From contig CBDCKN010000009.1 in assembly GCA_965218295.1 (NCBI GenBank), forward strand, positions 64,001 to 128,000: a DNA stretch of 64,000 nucleotides. The letters run 5' to 3'. A program made the translations under genes and the position numbers. Origin of the DNA: Longimicrobiales bacterium (lineage in GTDB: Bacteria; Gemmatimonadota; Gemmatimonadetes; Longimicrobiales; Gaopeijiaceae). Shown in pieces: positions 1 through 10,132 of this stretch. Within the stretch, counting starts at the first letter, position 1. The number at the start of each line of letters is the position of its first letter. The notes below the pieces were generated by a model. The model searched no databases and was not told the origin of the DNA. It saw nothing but the letters and a program-made list of their open reading frames with translations.

Positions 1-1
1 G

Positions 2-727
<726 letters not shown>

Positions 728-794
728 AGCAGTCGCGGATGACGCTCCTTGGGAGCGCCACCACACATCTATGAGATTCTAGCGGAGACCGGTT

Positions 795-1121
795 TTGTCT
801 GAGGCCGCGTTGGCAGTGTTGATGGCTCCCCGGCAAGGGGCGGACGGCACGTTCGTGTTCTTCCTGAACATGACGGCGGTGATTCTCATCTTCTACTTCC
901 TCCTCATCCGCCCGCAGCGCAAGGAGCGGGAGCACCACAAGGAGATGATCGCCGCCATCGCGAAGGGCGACGAGGTGGTGACGACGGGTGGGATCATCGG
1001 CACGGTGATCCGGGCGGAGGAGGATCGCCTGATCATCAAGACGGGCGGCGAGACCAAGATCACCATCGAGCGGAGCCGGATCGCCAGGAAAGTCACCGCG
1101 AACACCGGGGCAGGCTCCTGA
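795..1121 (+). CDS. yajC: preprotein translocase subunit YajC
   Basis: single TM followed by IFYFLLIRPQRK and GDEVVTTGGIIG; tgt-yajC synteny. Confidence 0.93.
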   Translation: MSEAALAVLMAPRQGADGTFVFFLNMTAVILIFYFLLIRPQRKEREHHKEMIAAIAKGDEVVTTGGIIGTVIRAEEDRLIIKTGGETKITIERSRIARKVTANTGAGS

Positions 1122-1123
1122 GC

Positions 1124-1636
1124 GTGGCCATTCGGGACATCGTCCTTCTGGGCGAGGAGGTGCTCCGCACTCCCGGCGAGGAGATCGCCGACTTCGACGA
1201 CGACCTCCATGCGTTGGTGGAGGACATGTTCGAGACGATGTACCACGCCGAAGGAATCGGCCTGGCCGCTCCCCAGATCGGGGTGTCCCTGCGCCTGTGT
1301 GTCCTCGACGTCCCTCACGAGGACGCCCCCGAGTCGGGCCCGCTGGCCCTGGTGAACCCCGTCGTCTCGGAGGCCAGCAAGGAGACGGATAAGGCCCCCG
1401 AGGGCTGCTTGAGCATCCCGGGTCTCGAGGAGGTCGTCAGCCGTGCCGCGCAGGTGACGGTTAAGGGCTTCGATCCCCACGGCGAGCCCGTGGAGGTGCG
1501 GGCGGAGGGGCTCCTGGGACGGGCTCTCCAGCACGAGATCGATCACCTGAGCGGGATCCTCTTCATCGATCGTGTGAGCCCGCTCAAGCGCAAGATACTC
1601 CTCAAGAAGTGGAAGAAGATCCAGGAGGAGGAATAG
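1124..1636 (+). CDS. def: peptide deformylase
   Basis: GIGLAAPQIG, EGCLS, QHEIDHL motifs. Confidence 0.97.
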   Translation: MAIRDIVLLGEEVLRTPGEEIADFDDDLHALVEDMFETMYHAEGIGLAAPQIGVSLRLCVLDVPHEDAPESGPLALVNPVVSEASKETDKAPEGCLSIPGLEEVVSRAAQVTVKGFDPHGEPVEVRAEGLLGRALQHEIDHLSGILFIDRVSPLKRKILLKKWKKIQEEE

Positions 1637-1659
1637 AGGCCTGTGAGGACTAGCGGCCT

Positions 1660-2595
1660 GTGAAGATCCTCTTTTGGGGGACGCCGGCCTTCGCTGTCCC
1701 CTCGCTCCTCGCCTTGAGCGATGAAGGACACGACATCGTGGGGGTCGTCACCCAGCCCGACCGGCCGGCGGGTCGCGGTAGGCAGCTCAAGGCCTCGGCG
1801 GTGAAGGAGGCCGCCCTGGAGGAGGTCCTCACCGTTCTGGAGCCCGAATCGCCCAAGGTGGACGCCTTTCTGGAAGAGATATCCGGTCTGGGGGCGGATC
1901 TCTCGGTGGTGGTGGCCTACGGGCAGATCCTCGAGCGCGAGGTCCTGGACGTGCCCCCCATGGGCTCCCTGAACCTTCACGCCTCGCTGCTTCCGGCCCT
2001 CCGCGGCGCCGCGCCTATCAATTGGTCCATCGTGCGCGGCGGCACCGTCACGGGCGTGACCGTCATGCGCATGGTGGAGAAGATGGACACCGGCCCCATC
2101 CTCTTTCAGACCGAGGAGCCTATCGACCCCAGGGAGACCGCCTCGGAGCTCACGACGCGCCTCTCTGAGATCGGCGCCGCAGCCTTGGTGGAGGCGCTGG
2201 CCCTCCTGGAGGCCGGCGTCGTCGAGGAGGTGGAGCAGGAGGAGTCGGCGGCTACTTACGCGCCCAAGGTGGACCGGCAGACGGCCCGGATCGACTGGAC
2301 CGCATCGTGCTCGGACGTGGCCAATCTGATCCGGGGGATGGACGCCGTGCCGGGAGCCTGGTCCGAGCTCGGCGGAGGCCCAGTGAAGCTGTTCCGGCCC
2401 GAGGCCGAGCCGGATGTCACCGCCGAGGGGTCGCCGGGGACCATCGTGGACGCAGACCGGACTACGGGCTTGCTGGTGGCGGCCGGGGAGGGCGCCGTCC
2501 GGATCGGCGAGGTTCAGCCGGCGGGGAAGAGCCGCATGAAGGCCGGCGACTGGGTGCTGGGCCGGGGAGCGAGCGCCGGCCAGCGATTCGGGTGA
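1660..2595 (+). CDS. fmt: methionyl-tRNA formyltransferase
   Basis: FWGTPAFA, VVTQPDRPAGRG, NLHASLLP..RGAAPI; follows def. Confidence 0.97.
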   Translation: MKILFWGTPAFAVPSLLALSDEGHDIVGVVTQPDRPAGRGRQLKASAVKEAALEEVLTVLEPESPKVDAFLEEISGLGADLSVVVAYGQILEREVLDVPPMGSLNLHASLLPALRGAAPINWSIVRGGTVTGVTVMRMVEKMDTGPILFQTEEPIDPRETASELTTRLSEIGAAALVEALALLEAGVVEEVEQEESAATYAPKVDRQTARIDWTASCSDVANLIRGMDAVPGAWSELGGGPVKLFRPEAEPDVTAEGSPGTIVDADRTTGLLVAAGEGAVRIGEVQPAGKSRMKAGDWVLGRGASAGQRFG

Positions 2596-3206
2596 TCCCC
2601 AGGCTTCACGTCGTCACCGACGACGGGGTGATTGCTCGGGAGGACTTTCGAGCCCGGGCGCTGGAGGTCCTGGAGGCCGGCGGTCCCATCGCCTTCCATG
2701 TTCGGGGACCCCACGCCACGGGCCGCCGTCTCGTGGAACTGGCCCAGGTGCTGCAGGATCCGGCCGCCTCCGCAGGCGCCACGCTCCTCGTGAACGACCG
2801 GGTCGACGTGGCCCTCTGTCTGGGGCTGGACGGTGCCCACCTGGGCCGCCGCTCCTTGCCACCTGCCGAGACGCGGGGGCTGCTGGGACCGGATCGCCTG
2901 ATGGGGGCCTCGGTGCACGGTCTGGAGGAGGCGGCGGAGGCCGCTCGAGGCGGTGCGGACTTCCTCTTCGTAGGAGCCCTTTGGGCGACTCCGTCCCACC
3001 CCGACGAAACTCCGGCGGGGCTGCAGCTGATCCGCGACGTGGGAGTGGCCGTCTCCGTGCCACTTCTGGGGATCGGGGGAGTAACGCCCGAGCGGGTGCC
3101 GCCGATCCTCGAGGCTGGAGGGCACGGCGCGGCCGTCATCAGCGGAATCTGGAATGCCCCCTCTTCAGGCGACGCGGTGCAGGCTTATCTTCAGGCCCTG
3201 GGGTAG
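2592..3206 (+). CDS. thiE: thiamine phosphate synthase
   Basis: GTG at 2592 overlaps the fmt stop (GTGA); VNDRVDVA, GAHLG, GASVH, IGGVT motifs; precedes thiS-thiG. Confidence 0.88.
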   Translation: MIPRLHVVTDDGVIAREDFRARALEVLEAGGPIAFHVRGPHATGRRLVELAQVLQDPAASAGATLLVNDRVDVALCLGLDGAHLGRRSLPPAETRGLLGPDRLMGASVHGLEEAAEAARGGADFLFVGALWATPSHPDETPAGLQLIRDVGVAVSVPLLGIGGVTPERVPPILEAGGHGAAVISGIWNAPSSGDAVQAYLQALG

Positions 3207-3272
3207 CAAGAAACCGGTGGGGTAGCAAAAAACGACGCCAGGGCGAAAGCGACCGTAACCAGCGAGCAGACC

Positions 3273-3491
3273 ATGAGTGAAGGGCAGACCATCCAAGTGC
3301 GCCTCAACGGCAAGGACCGGGAGATCGATTCGGGCCTCTCCGTTCAGGAGCTCGTCGAGTCCCTGGAGCTCAACCCCAGGCTCATCGTCGTGGAGCTGAA
3401 TAGGGAGATCCTCAGCCGGGACTGTTTCGGCGAGATTCAGGTCTCCGAGGGAGATCAGGTGGAGCTGGTCCACTTCGTGGGCGGAGGCTAG
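3273..3491 (+). CDS. thiS: sulfur carrier protein ThiS
   Basis: 72 aa ubiquitin-like protein ending in FVGGG. Confidence 0.95.
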   Translation: MSEGQTIQVRLNGKDREIDSGLSVQELVESLELNPRLIVVELNREILSRDCFGEIQVSEGDQVELVHFVGGG

Positions 3492-3500
3492 AGGAACGAG

Positions 3501-4316
3501 ATGATACCGACCGATACAGAGGCACAGGCGGAGGCCGCGGCGATCGACGATCCGCTGCGCATGGCGGATCAGGAGTTCGACTCCCGCCTGATTGTCGGGA
3601 CTGGGAAATACCCCGACAACGACACCATGGTGAAGGCCATCCGGGCGTCGGGGACGGCCATGGTCACCGTGGCGGTTCGCCGCGTCGACCTGGACCGCAC
3701 CAAGGAGGAGGGCATCCTCTTTCACCTGGATCCGGACGAGTTCTTCCTCCTCCCCAACACCGCCGGGTGCTACACGGCCGAGGACGCCATCCGCTACGCC
3801 CGACTGGCCCGGGCAGCGGGCTTCAACGAGTGGCTGAAGCTCGAGGTGATCGGAGACCAGGAGACGCTTCTGCCCGACACGCAGGCCACGCTGGAAGCCG
3901 CCAAGACACTGGTGGACGAAGGCTTCAAGGTCATGGCCTACACCAACGACGACGTGGTCACGGCACTCCGGCTGGAGGATGCCGGCTGCGTATCGGTCAT
4001 GCCCCTTGCCAGTCCCATCGGCAGCGGGTTGGGCGTGGTGAACCTGTACTTCATCCGTGAGATCAAGCGGCGCTGCGACGTTCCCATCATCGTCGACGCC
4101 GGCGTAGGCACCGCGTCCGATGCCTGCGTCACCATGGAGCAGGGGGTGGACGGGGTCCTGATGAACACGGCCATCGCCACGGCCGACCATCCAGTCGCCA
4201 TGGCCCACGCCATGAGGCTGGCCATCCAGGCGGGCCGGCTGGCGTATCTCGCGGGCCGTATGGAGGCCAAGGAGATCGCCATTCCGTCGTCGCCGACCCG
4301 GGGGATGCTGGACTGA
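3501..4316 (+). CDS. thiG: thiazole synthase
   Basis: SRLIVGTGKY, LPNTAGC, KLEVIGD, MPLASPIGSG, VDAGVG. Confidence 0.97.
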   Translation: MIPTDTEAQAEAAAIDDPLRMADQEFDSRLIVGTGKYPDNDTMVKAIRASGTAMVTVAVRRVDLDRTKEEGILFHLDPDEFFLLPNTAGCYTAEDAIRYARLARAAGFNEWLKLEVIGDQETLLPDTQATLEAAKTLVDEGFKVMAYTNDDVVTALRLEDAGCVSVMPLASPIGSGLGVVNLYFIREIKRRCDVPIIVDAGVGTASDACVTMEQGVDGVLMNTAIATADHPVAMAHAMRLAIQAGRLAYLAGRMEAKEIAIPSSPTRGMLD

Positions 4317-4324
4317 GCTCGCCC

Positions 4325-4365
4325 TCCGACGCCCAGACCGCTTCCGACACCCAGACCGCTTCCGA
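4325..4365 (+). repeat. 18-bp intergenic tandem repeat (about 2.3 copies)
   Basis: tccgacgcccagaccgct / tccgacacccagaccgct / tccga. Confidence 0.85.
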
Positions 4366-4368
4366 GCC

Positions 4369-6561
4369 GTGACGTCCCCCAGATCCGGGGCAGGGGTGAC
4401 GCTGGGCCGGCGGGCCGCCCTGGAGATCCTCGGAGCGGTCGAGCGCGGTCAACGGTTGGACCGGGCCTTCGCCGCTTCGTCCCGCGCCCTCGACCCCCGG
4501 GAGCGCGGCTGGTGCCGCGAGCTGGCGTACGGTGTTCAGAGGCTTCGCGGCCGTCTAGATCATCTGCTGGACCGGAAGGTTCAGAGGGGCCTCGATTCCG
4601 TGGATCCCGCCGTGCGGGACGCCCTCCGCCTGGGTCTGTATCAGATCCTCTACATGGACGGCGTGCCGGAGTACGCCGCCGTGTCGCAGGCGGTGGACTT
4701 GGCCCGCTCGGCTGGGGGCAAGGGTGTGGCGGGCTTCGTGAATGCCGTCCTTCGGGCCGCCGCCGGCGAGGGTGGGGGCGAAGAGCACTTCCCGGATGCG
4801 GAAGCCGATCCGGCGGGGTTCCTGTCCACCTGGGGATCCCACCCCCGGTGGCTCGTGGAGCGCTGGCTCGGGCGGTGGTCCCCGGCAGAGGTCTGGCGCC
4901 TCGTCCAAGCGAACAACGCGGTGCCCCCCATCTATCTGCGGTGTCTCCGGGACACTCCCGAGGAGGCCGTGGAACTCCTGGCCGGTGCCGGTATCGAGGC
5001 CGAGCCGGTGGGTTCTGGCACGGGATGTGTAGTGCTCCTCGGGGAATCCCCCCCCGTGGAGGCCATGGCAGCGGTCCCGTCGGTGGTGCAGGATCCGGCG
5101 GCCGCCCTGGTGGCACCGTACGCGGATCCGGAGCCCGGAGATCTGGTGGCCGACCTGTGCGCGGCGCCCGGCGGGAAGGCCATGGCCCTGGCCGCCCGGG
5201 GGAATGTGGTGCTGGCGGCGGACCGGTCCCTGGAGCGCCTGCGGTTGGTACGGGAGAATGCGGAAAGGCTCGCCGAAGGGCCTTGGGAGAGTCTCGGCTT
5301 CAGGGTGTCCGTCGTGCAGGCGGACGCCCTGGCCCCCATTGTGGAGGGTGCCGACATGGCTCTGCTCGACGTGCCGTGTACAGGGACCGGCACGCTCCGG
5401 AGGAATCCGGACGCACGCTGGAAGCTCACTCCCGAGCGGCTGAAGGAGCTGGTGGCGCTTCAGGAGCACATCCTGGAGGCGTGCACGAGCGTAGTACCGA
5501 GCGGGGGCTGTCTGGTGTACTCAACGTGCAGCCTGGAGCCGGAGGAGAACGAAGATCGGATTTCCGCTTTTCTGGAGCGGCATCCGGAGTTCGAACTGGA
5601 GCCGAGCTCGGGCGTGAGCGAGTCGTATCTGGACGAGCGAGGACAGCTTTACGTCCTGCCCCAGGACTCCGGGTTCGACGGCGCGTTCGCGGCCCGACTG
5701 AGAAAGCGTAGCGGCAGCGATGAGGCTAGACCGGCAGGAATGAGACTAGGCAGCTCCATTCGACGAAGACGCCTTCGGGCGACCCTCGAGACGTGGTGGC
5801 ACAACGTGCGGAGCTACAGACCTTCGCGCGGCACGTGGGGCGTGGTGGCCTCCACGCTGCTCGTGGGATTCGGGCTCGGCTACGTCATGGCCACGCGGGT
5901 CCTCTTCCCGGTCCCCCCGCGCCCCCGGGACCTCTTCGAGATCCCCGACGTGCGTGGCGTCGATCGCGCGGCCGCCCTGCAGACGGTTCAGGCCGGGGGG
6001 CTACACATGGCGGTGGTGGACTCGTTCAGCCACCCCACGGCGGTCAGAGGCCAAGTTCTTGGCCAGAGCCCTCTGGCCGGTCAGCTCTCCCTGGCCGGAG
6101 ACACCGTCAACCTCACGCTGAGCCTGGGCCCCGTGCGGCGACCGGTGCCCGACGTCGTCCGTCTCAGGGAGGGCTCGGCCCGCAACGTGCTGGAGGCGAG
6201 TGGGTTCACGGTGGCGGTGGACAGCCTGGAGGCCGATCTGCCGGCCGGCCGGGTCGTGGAAGTTCTCCCCGAGCCGGGCACGGAAGTGGATCTGCCCATG
6301 GAGGTCAGGATCGCGGTGAGCACCGGGCCACCCCTGGTGGCCATGCCTCTGCTCCTGGGAATCGAGCAGACCACGGCCGAAGCGATGCTGGACTCGTTGG
6401 GGTTCGTGGTGTCGGAGATACTCACCCGATTCCGCTTCGGCCGCGACAGGGGGCGGGTCGTCGAGCAGGACCCCCAGGCGGACAGCCTGCTGCCCCCGGG
6501 AAGCCCCGTTCGTCTGGTCATCGGGCGGCGCTCCAACAGGCGCAGGAACCGTAGGAACTAA
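4369..6561 (+). CDS. rsmB: 16S rRNA m5C967 methyltransferase RsmB, in one open frame with a TM + 3x PASTA-domain protein (internal ATG at 5740)
   Basis: NusB-like N-terminus, DLCAAPGGK, DVPCTGTG, YSTCS; after about aa 457 a TM helix and PASTA repeats (IPDVRG, VPDVVRL, MPLLLG). Confidence 0.88.
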   Translation: MTSPRSGAGVTLGRRAALEILGAVERGQRLDRAFAASSRALDPRERGWCRELAYGVQRLRGRLDHLLDRKVQRGLDSVDPAVRDALRLGLYQILYMDGVPEYAAVSQAVDLARSAGGKGVAGFVNAVLRAAAGEGGGEEHFPDAEADPAGFLSTWGSHPRWLVERWLGRWSPAEVWRLVQANNAVPPIYLRCLRDTPEEAVELLAGAGIEAEPVGSGTGCVVLLGESPPVEAMAAVPSVVQDPAAALVAPYADPEPGDLVADLCAAPGGKAMALAARGNVVLAADRSLERLRLVRENAERLAEGPWESLGFRVSVVQADALAPIVEGADMALLDVPCTGTGTLRRNPDARWKLTPERLKELVALQEHILEACTSVVPSGGCLVYSTCSLEPEENEDRISAFLERHPEFELEPSSGVSESYLDERGQLYVLPQDSGFDGAFAARLRKRSGSDEARPAGMRLGSSIRRRRLRATLETWWHNVRSYRPSRGTWGVVASTLLVGFGLGYVMATRVLFPVPPRPRDLFEIPDVRGVDRAAALQTVQAGGLHMAVVDSFSHPTAVRGQVLGQSPLAGQLSLAGDTVNLTLSLGPVRRPVPDVVRLREGSARNVLEASGFTVAVDSLEADLPAGRVVEVLPEPGTEVDLPMEVRIAVSTGPPLVAMPLLLGIEQTTAEAMLDSLGFVVSEILTRFRFGRDRGRVVEQDPQADSLLPPGSPVRLVIGRRSNRRRNRRN

Positions 6562-6608
6562 TTAGATTCACTGCCGTAGCAGATGACAGACCTCAGGCCA
6601 GTGATGAC

Positions 6609-7190
6609 ATGACCTCGGACGACACTCGAAAGCCGAGATACTCCCGCCTCCCTTACGCTTTCGCCCTTTTGGGCGTGGCTCTCGTGGTGCTCGTAGCGTG
6701 GGTCAATCGGGATCGGCTCCAACCCGTGATCCCCGGCACTCCTGCACCCGAGTTCGCGGTGGCCGATCTGGACGGCGATATCGTCCGCCTGAGCGACCAT
6801 CGAGGCCACGTCGTCATGGTGAGCATCTGGGCGACCTGGTGCGGTCCCTGCCGGTACGAGATGCCCTCCATGGAGCGCCTCTACAACGAGTTCGCCGACG
6901 AGGGCTTGGAGATCCTGGCCGTGAGCATCGACGCCGAGACCGGGACCTTCGATCTGTTCGGACGCCCCGGGGGCGACATTCAGGCGTTCGCCGATTCTTT
7001 GGGTCTGACGTTCCCATTGCTCCACGATCCCTCTGGTGGCATCCAGCAGGTGTACCAGACCACCGGAGTGCCCGAGACCTTCCTGGTCGGCAGGGACGGG
7101 ATCATCTACAAGAAAGTGGCCGGTGGGACCGAATGGGATGCGCCCGATCATCAGGAGCTGATCCGGCGGCTCTTGGCGGCAACGGAGTGA
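6609..7190 (+). CDS. TlpA/ResA-family membrane-anchored thiol-disulfide reductase
   Basis: N-terminal TM, WATWCGPC, GVPETFLV. Confidence 0.9.
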   Translation: MTSDDTRKPRYSRLPYAFALLGVALVVLVAWVNRDRLQPVIPGTPAPEFAVADLDGDIVRLSDHRGHVVMVSIWATWCGPCRYEMPSMERLYNEFADEGLEILAVSIDAETGTFDLFGRPGGDIQAFADSLGLTFPLLHDPSGGIQQVYQTTGVPETFLVGRDGIIYKKVAGGTEWDAPDHQELIRRLLAATE

Positions 7191-7222
7191 CTCACCGCCC
7201 AACTCCGACGATCGGCTAGGTC

Positions 7223-8194
7223 GTGAGATCCCGTTCCTTCGACAGATCACTCGCCAGCAACTGGCGGCTCAAGGTGGCGGCTCTTGCCATGGCTCTCTTC
7301 CTTTGGGCTCTGGTTCGCGTGGGAGCGCCCGACCAGCGGGCTGTCTCCATCCCGATCAACGTCAGGCTGAACGATCCCGATTGGATCCTCATGGACGATC
7401 CGGTACCCTCAAGCGTCCAGGTGCGATTCAGCGGTCCGCCGACGGAGGTCTTTCGCCTCACGGCCCTCGACGGCGTCTCCATCACCGTGCCCGTCACCGA
7501 GGTCGCTGGCGAGGAGATGGTCATCGCTCTTCAGAACGGGTGGATTCCCGTAGACGGCTACCCAGGTGTCACGGTGGAGGAGATACTCCCGAGCACGGTG
7601 CACCTACACCTCGATCACGTCGAGACGGCTTCGGTTCCGGTTCGCATCACCACCCGAGGCAGCCTTCCGGAGCATCTGGCTTTGATCCGGTCCTTATCCG
7701 TCACGCCGAGCGCGGTGCGGGTCAGCGGGCCCGCAAGTCTGGTGCGGCAGCTGGATTCGCTGGACATCGTTCCCGTGGATCTGGGTCAGGTGGACGAGCG
7801 GGGTGCCGTTCAGACTACCGTCGACACCACGGGGCTGGCCCGCCTGACGGTGATCCCTGTGGGAATCACCCTGAGGATACCCGTCGAGGAGTCCATCGAC
7901 CGGGTGCTGACGTCCGTTCCCGTGTTGGCCGACATCGGGGCCGAGTTCGAAGAGGCGGGCGGTACGGTGGAAATCCTTCCCGCCACGGTACGACTCACAC
8001 TCAGGGGCGCGCGGACGCAGGTCACGAATCTGGACCCACGTCGCCTGCGGGTCATCGTGCCGTCTTCCGAGCTTCTGGGCTTGGGCGAGACCGAGGAGCG
8101 GAGGGTGCCCATCGTCGTGGAGGGCCTCCCCTCGTATATGTCCGTCTCGTCGGCGGTGGACACCGTGGTGGTCCGCCGGCAGACGGAGCCATGA
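7223..8194 (+). CDS. YbbR/CdaR-like domain protein
   Basis: NWRLKVAALAMALFLW N-terminal anchor and repeated P..V.V.GP beta modules. Confidence 0.75.
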   Translation: MRSRSFDRSLASNWRLKVAALAMALFLWALVRVGAPDQRAVSIPINVRLNDPDWILMDDPVPSSVQVRFSGPPTEVFRLTALDGVSITVPVTEVAGEEMVIALQNGWIPVDGYPGVTVEEILPSTVHLHLDHVETASVPVRITTRGSLPEHLALIRSLSVTPSAVRVSGPASLVRQLDSLDIVPVDLGQVDERGAVQTTVDTTGLARLTVIPVGITLRIPVEESIDRVLTSVPVLADIGAEFEEAGGTVEILPATVRLTLRGARTQVTNLDPRRLRVIVPSSELLGLGETEERRVPIVVEGLPSYMSVSSAVDTVVVRRQTEP

Positions 8195-9243
8195 GCGGAC
8201 GGCTCATCCTGGGCCTCGAGACGAGCTGTGACGAGACGGCGGCGGCCCTCCTCGAGGCGCCCACCACCCTCCGCGGCCACGTGATCCTTTCCCAGGACGA
8301 GCACGCCCTGTATGGGGGCGTCGTCCCCGAGATAGCCGCCCGGGTCCACCTCCAGCGGATCGACGACGTGGTGGGGGAGACCCTCAGGGAAGCGGGGTGC
8401 GGCTTCGAGGACCTGGACGCGGTGGCCGTCACGGCAGGACCGGGCCTCATCGGGGCGCTTCTGGTGGGCGTCTCCTGGGCGAAGGCTCTGGCCTTCGGGC
8501 TCGGCAAGCCCCTGGCTGCCGTCCACCACATGGAGGCCCACCTCTTCGCCCCCTCGCTGGAGAATCCCGACGCGGAGCCGCCCTTCGTGGCGCTCCTGGT
8601 CTCGGGTGGTCACACCATCCTGCTCCACGCGCCGGCCTGGGGTGAGTACCACCTCCTGGGAGAGACGCGGGACGACGCGGCGGGCGAGGCATTCGACAAG
8701 GTGGCCAAGCTGCTCGGGCTTCCCTATCCGGGGGGCCCTGCCATCCAGGCCCTCGGCTCCGAAGGGGACGAGACCCGCCACCGGTTGCCGCGGCCCATGT
8801 TGCGCTCGAACCAGCGACCCGGCGATGCCGACTTCTACGACTTCTCCTTCAGCGGGCTCAAGACAGCCGTGGCGACGCTCGTTTCGAAGCTCGACAGCCT
8901 CGGCACACTGGACGACGAGCGGGAGCACGTGGCGGCGTCCTTCCAGGCGACAGTGGTGGAGGTTCTGACGAGCAAGACGCTCCGGGCCGTGGAGGAGACC
9001 GGCTGCTCGCGAGTGCTCCTGGGGGGTGGAGTCTCGGCCAACGCACGGTTGCGAGACGAGCTGGGCCGACGGCTGGGTGTCGAGGGGACTCTGTTCCACG
9101 CGTCGCCTCGGCTCTCGCTGGACAACGGAGCCATGGTGGCCCGCGCTGGAGCCTATCGATTGGAGCGCGGAGACGTCGCGCCCCTGAACGCGTCCGCGGA
9201 CCCGAACCTCCCGTTTCTGGGGCTGGTGAGGGCCTCGGCATGA
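8191..9243 (+). CDS. tsaD: tRNA N6-threonylcarbamoyltransferase TsaD
   Basis: ILGLETSCDETA, GGVVPE, HHMEAH, VSGGHT, GEAFDK, FSFSGLKT, DNGAM; ATG at 8191 overlaps the upstream stop. Confidence 0.96.
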   Translation: MSGRLILGLETSCDETAAALLEAPTTLRGHVILSQDEHALYGGVVPEIAARVHLQRIDDVVGETLREAGCGFEDLDAVAVTAGPGLIGALLVGVSWAKALAFGLGKPLAAVHHMEAHLFAPSLENPDAEPPFVALLVSGGHTILLHAPAWGEYHLLGETRDDAAGEAFDKVAKLLGLPYPGGPAIQALGSEGDETRHRLPRPMLRSNQRPGDADFYDFSFSGLKTAVATLVSKLDSLGTLDDEREHVAASFQATVVEVLTSKTLRAVEETGCSRVLLGGGVSANARLRDELGRRLGVEGTLFHASPRLSLDNGAMVARAGAYRLERGDVAPLNASADPNLPFLGLVRASA

Positions 9244-9256
9244 GAGGACACTGAGC

Positions 9257-10114
9257 GTGTACCCCATCTTCTTCCGTCTTCCCGAGTGGTTGCCCTTCAT
9301 GGGCGGTGAGCCCATCACGTCCTTCGGGGTGTTCATGTTCCTTTCGTTCCTCACCGCCGGGGTGCTGTTGCGGCCGGAGATGGATCGGGCGGGGATGGAT
9401 CCCGAGAAGGCGTGGGACCTGCTCTTCATGGCGGTCCTGGGGGGCATAGTGGGTGCGAAGCTCTACTACGTGCTCCTGAACTACCCCCGGCTCTTCGAGG
9501 ATCCCGTGCGGGCGATCTTCTCCCGGGGAGGGATGGTCTGGTACGGAGGCTTCGGAGGCGCCGTCGCGCTTATCGTCTGGGAGATCAAGAGGAGTAAGCT
9601 GCCGCTCGCCAGGACGGCCGACATAATAGCCCCTACCCTGGCCATCGGATACGCCGTGGGCCGCGTGGGTTGCTTCCTGGTGGGGGACGACTACGGGCGT
9701 CCCACGGGCTCGTGGGTCGGCATCCGCTTCCCACAGGGGACACCGCCCACCCGTGTCGACGCGCTCGAGAGCCAGTTCGGGATCCAGGTCGATCCCACCC
9801 TCGTCGAGCAGTTCGGGCAGGTGGTTCCGGTCCACCCCACCCAGCTCTACGAGATCACCCTGGCCAGCCTGATCTTCGTGGTCCTCTGGCGACTACGCAT
9901 CCGCGAGCACGGGGCGGGGTGGCTCTGGTGGATCTGCCTGGCCATGCTCAGCTTCGAGCGGTTCCTCGTGGAGTTCGTGCGGGTCAAGGATGATCGCTTC
10001 CTAGGACCGTTCACCCTCGCGCAGCTCATCGCAATGTCGCTCATCATCCTCAGCGTGTGGGGAGTGAATCGCGCTGTGGCTTCGGGAAGGAAGCCAGCGG
10101 AGGCGCCGGCCTGA
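9257..10114 (+). CDS. lgt: prolipoprotein diacylglyceryl transferase
   Basis: GGMVWYGG, GRVGCFLVGDDYG, HPTQLYE, RFLVEFVR. Confidence 0.93.
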   Translation: MYPIFFRLPEWLPFMGGEPITSFGVFMFLSFLTAGVLLRPEMDRAGMDPEKAWDLLFMAVLGGIVGAKLYYVLLNYPRLFEDPVRAIFSRGGMVWYGGFGGAVALIVWEIKRSKLPLARTADIIAPTLAIGYAVGRVGCFLVGDDYGRPTGSWVGIRFPQGTPPTRVDALESQFGIQVDPTLVEQFGQVVPVHPTQLYEITLASLIFVVLWRLRIREHGAGWLWWICLAMLSFERFLVEFVRVKDDRFLGPFTLAQLIAMSLIILSVWGVNRAVASGRKPAEAPA

Positions 10115-10132
10115 CGGGCCCGCTGAGCTGAG

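Noticed and set aside
2592..4316. TPP riboswitch for thiE-thiS-thiG
   Set aside because: thiE overlaps fmt and the other gaps are too short; no TPP aptamer core seen.
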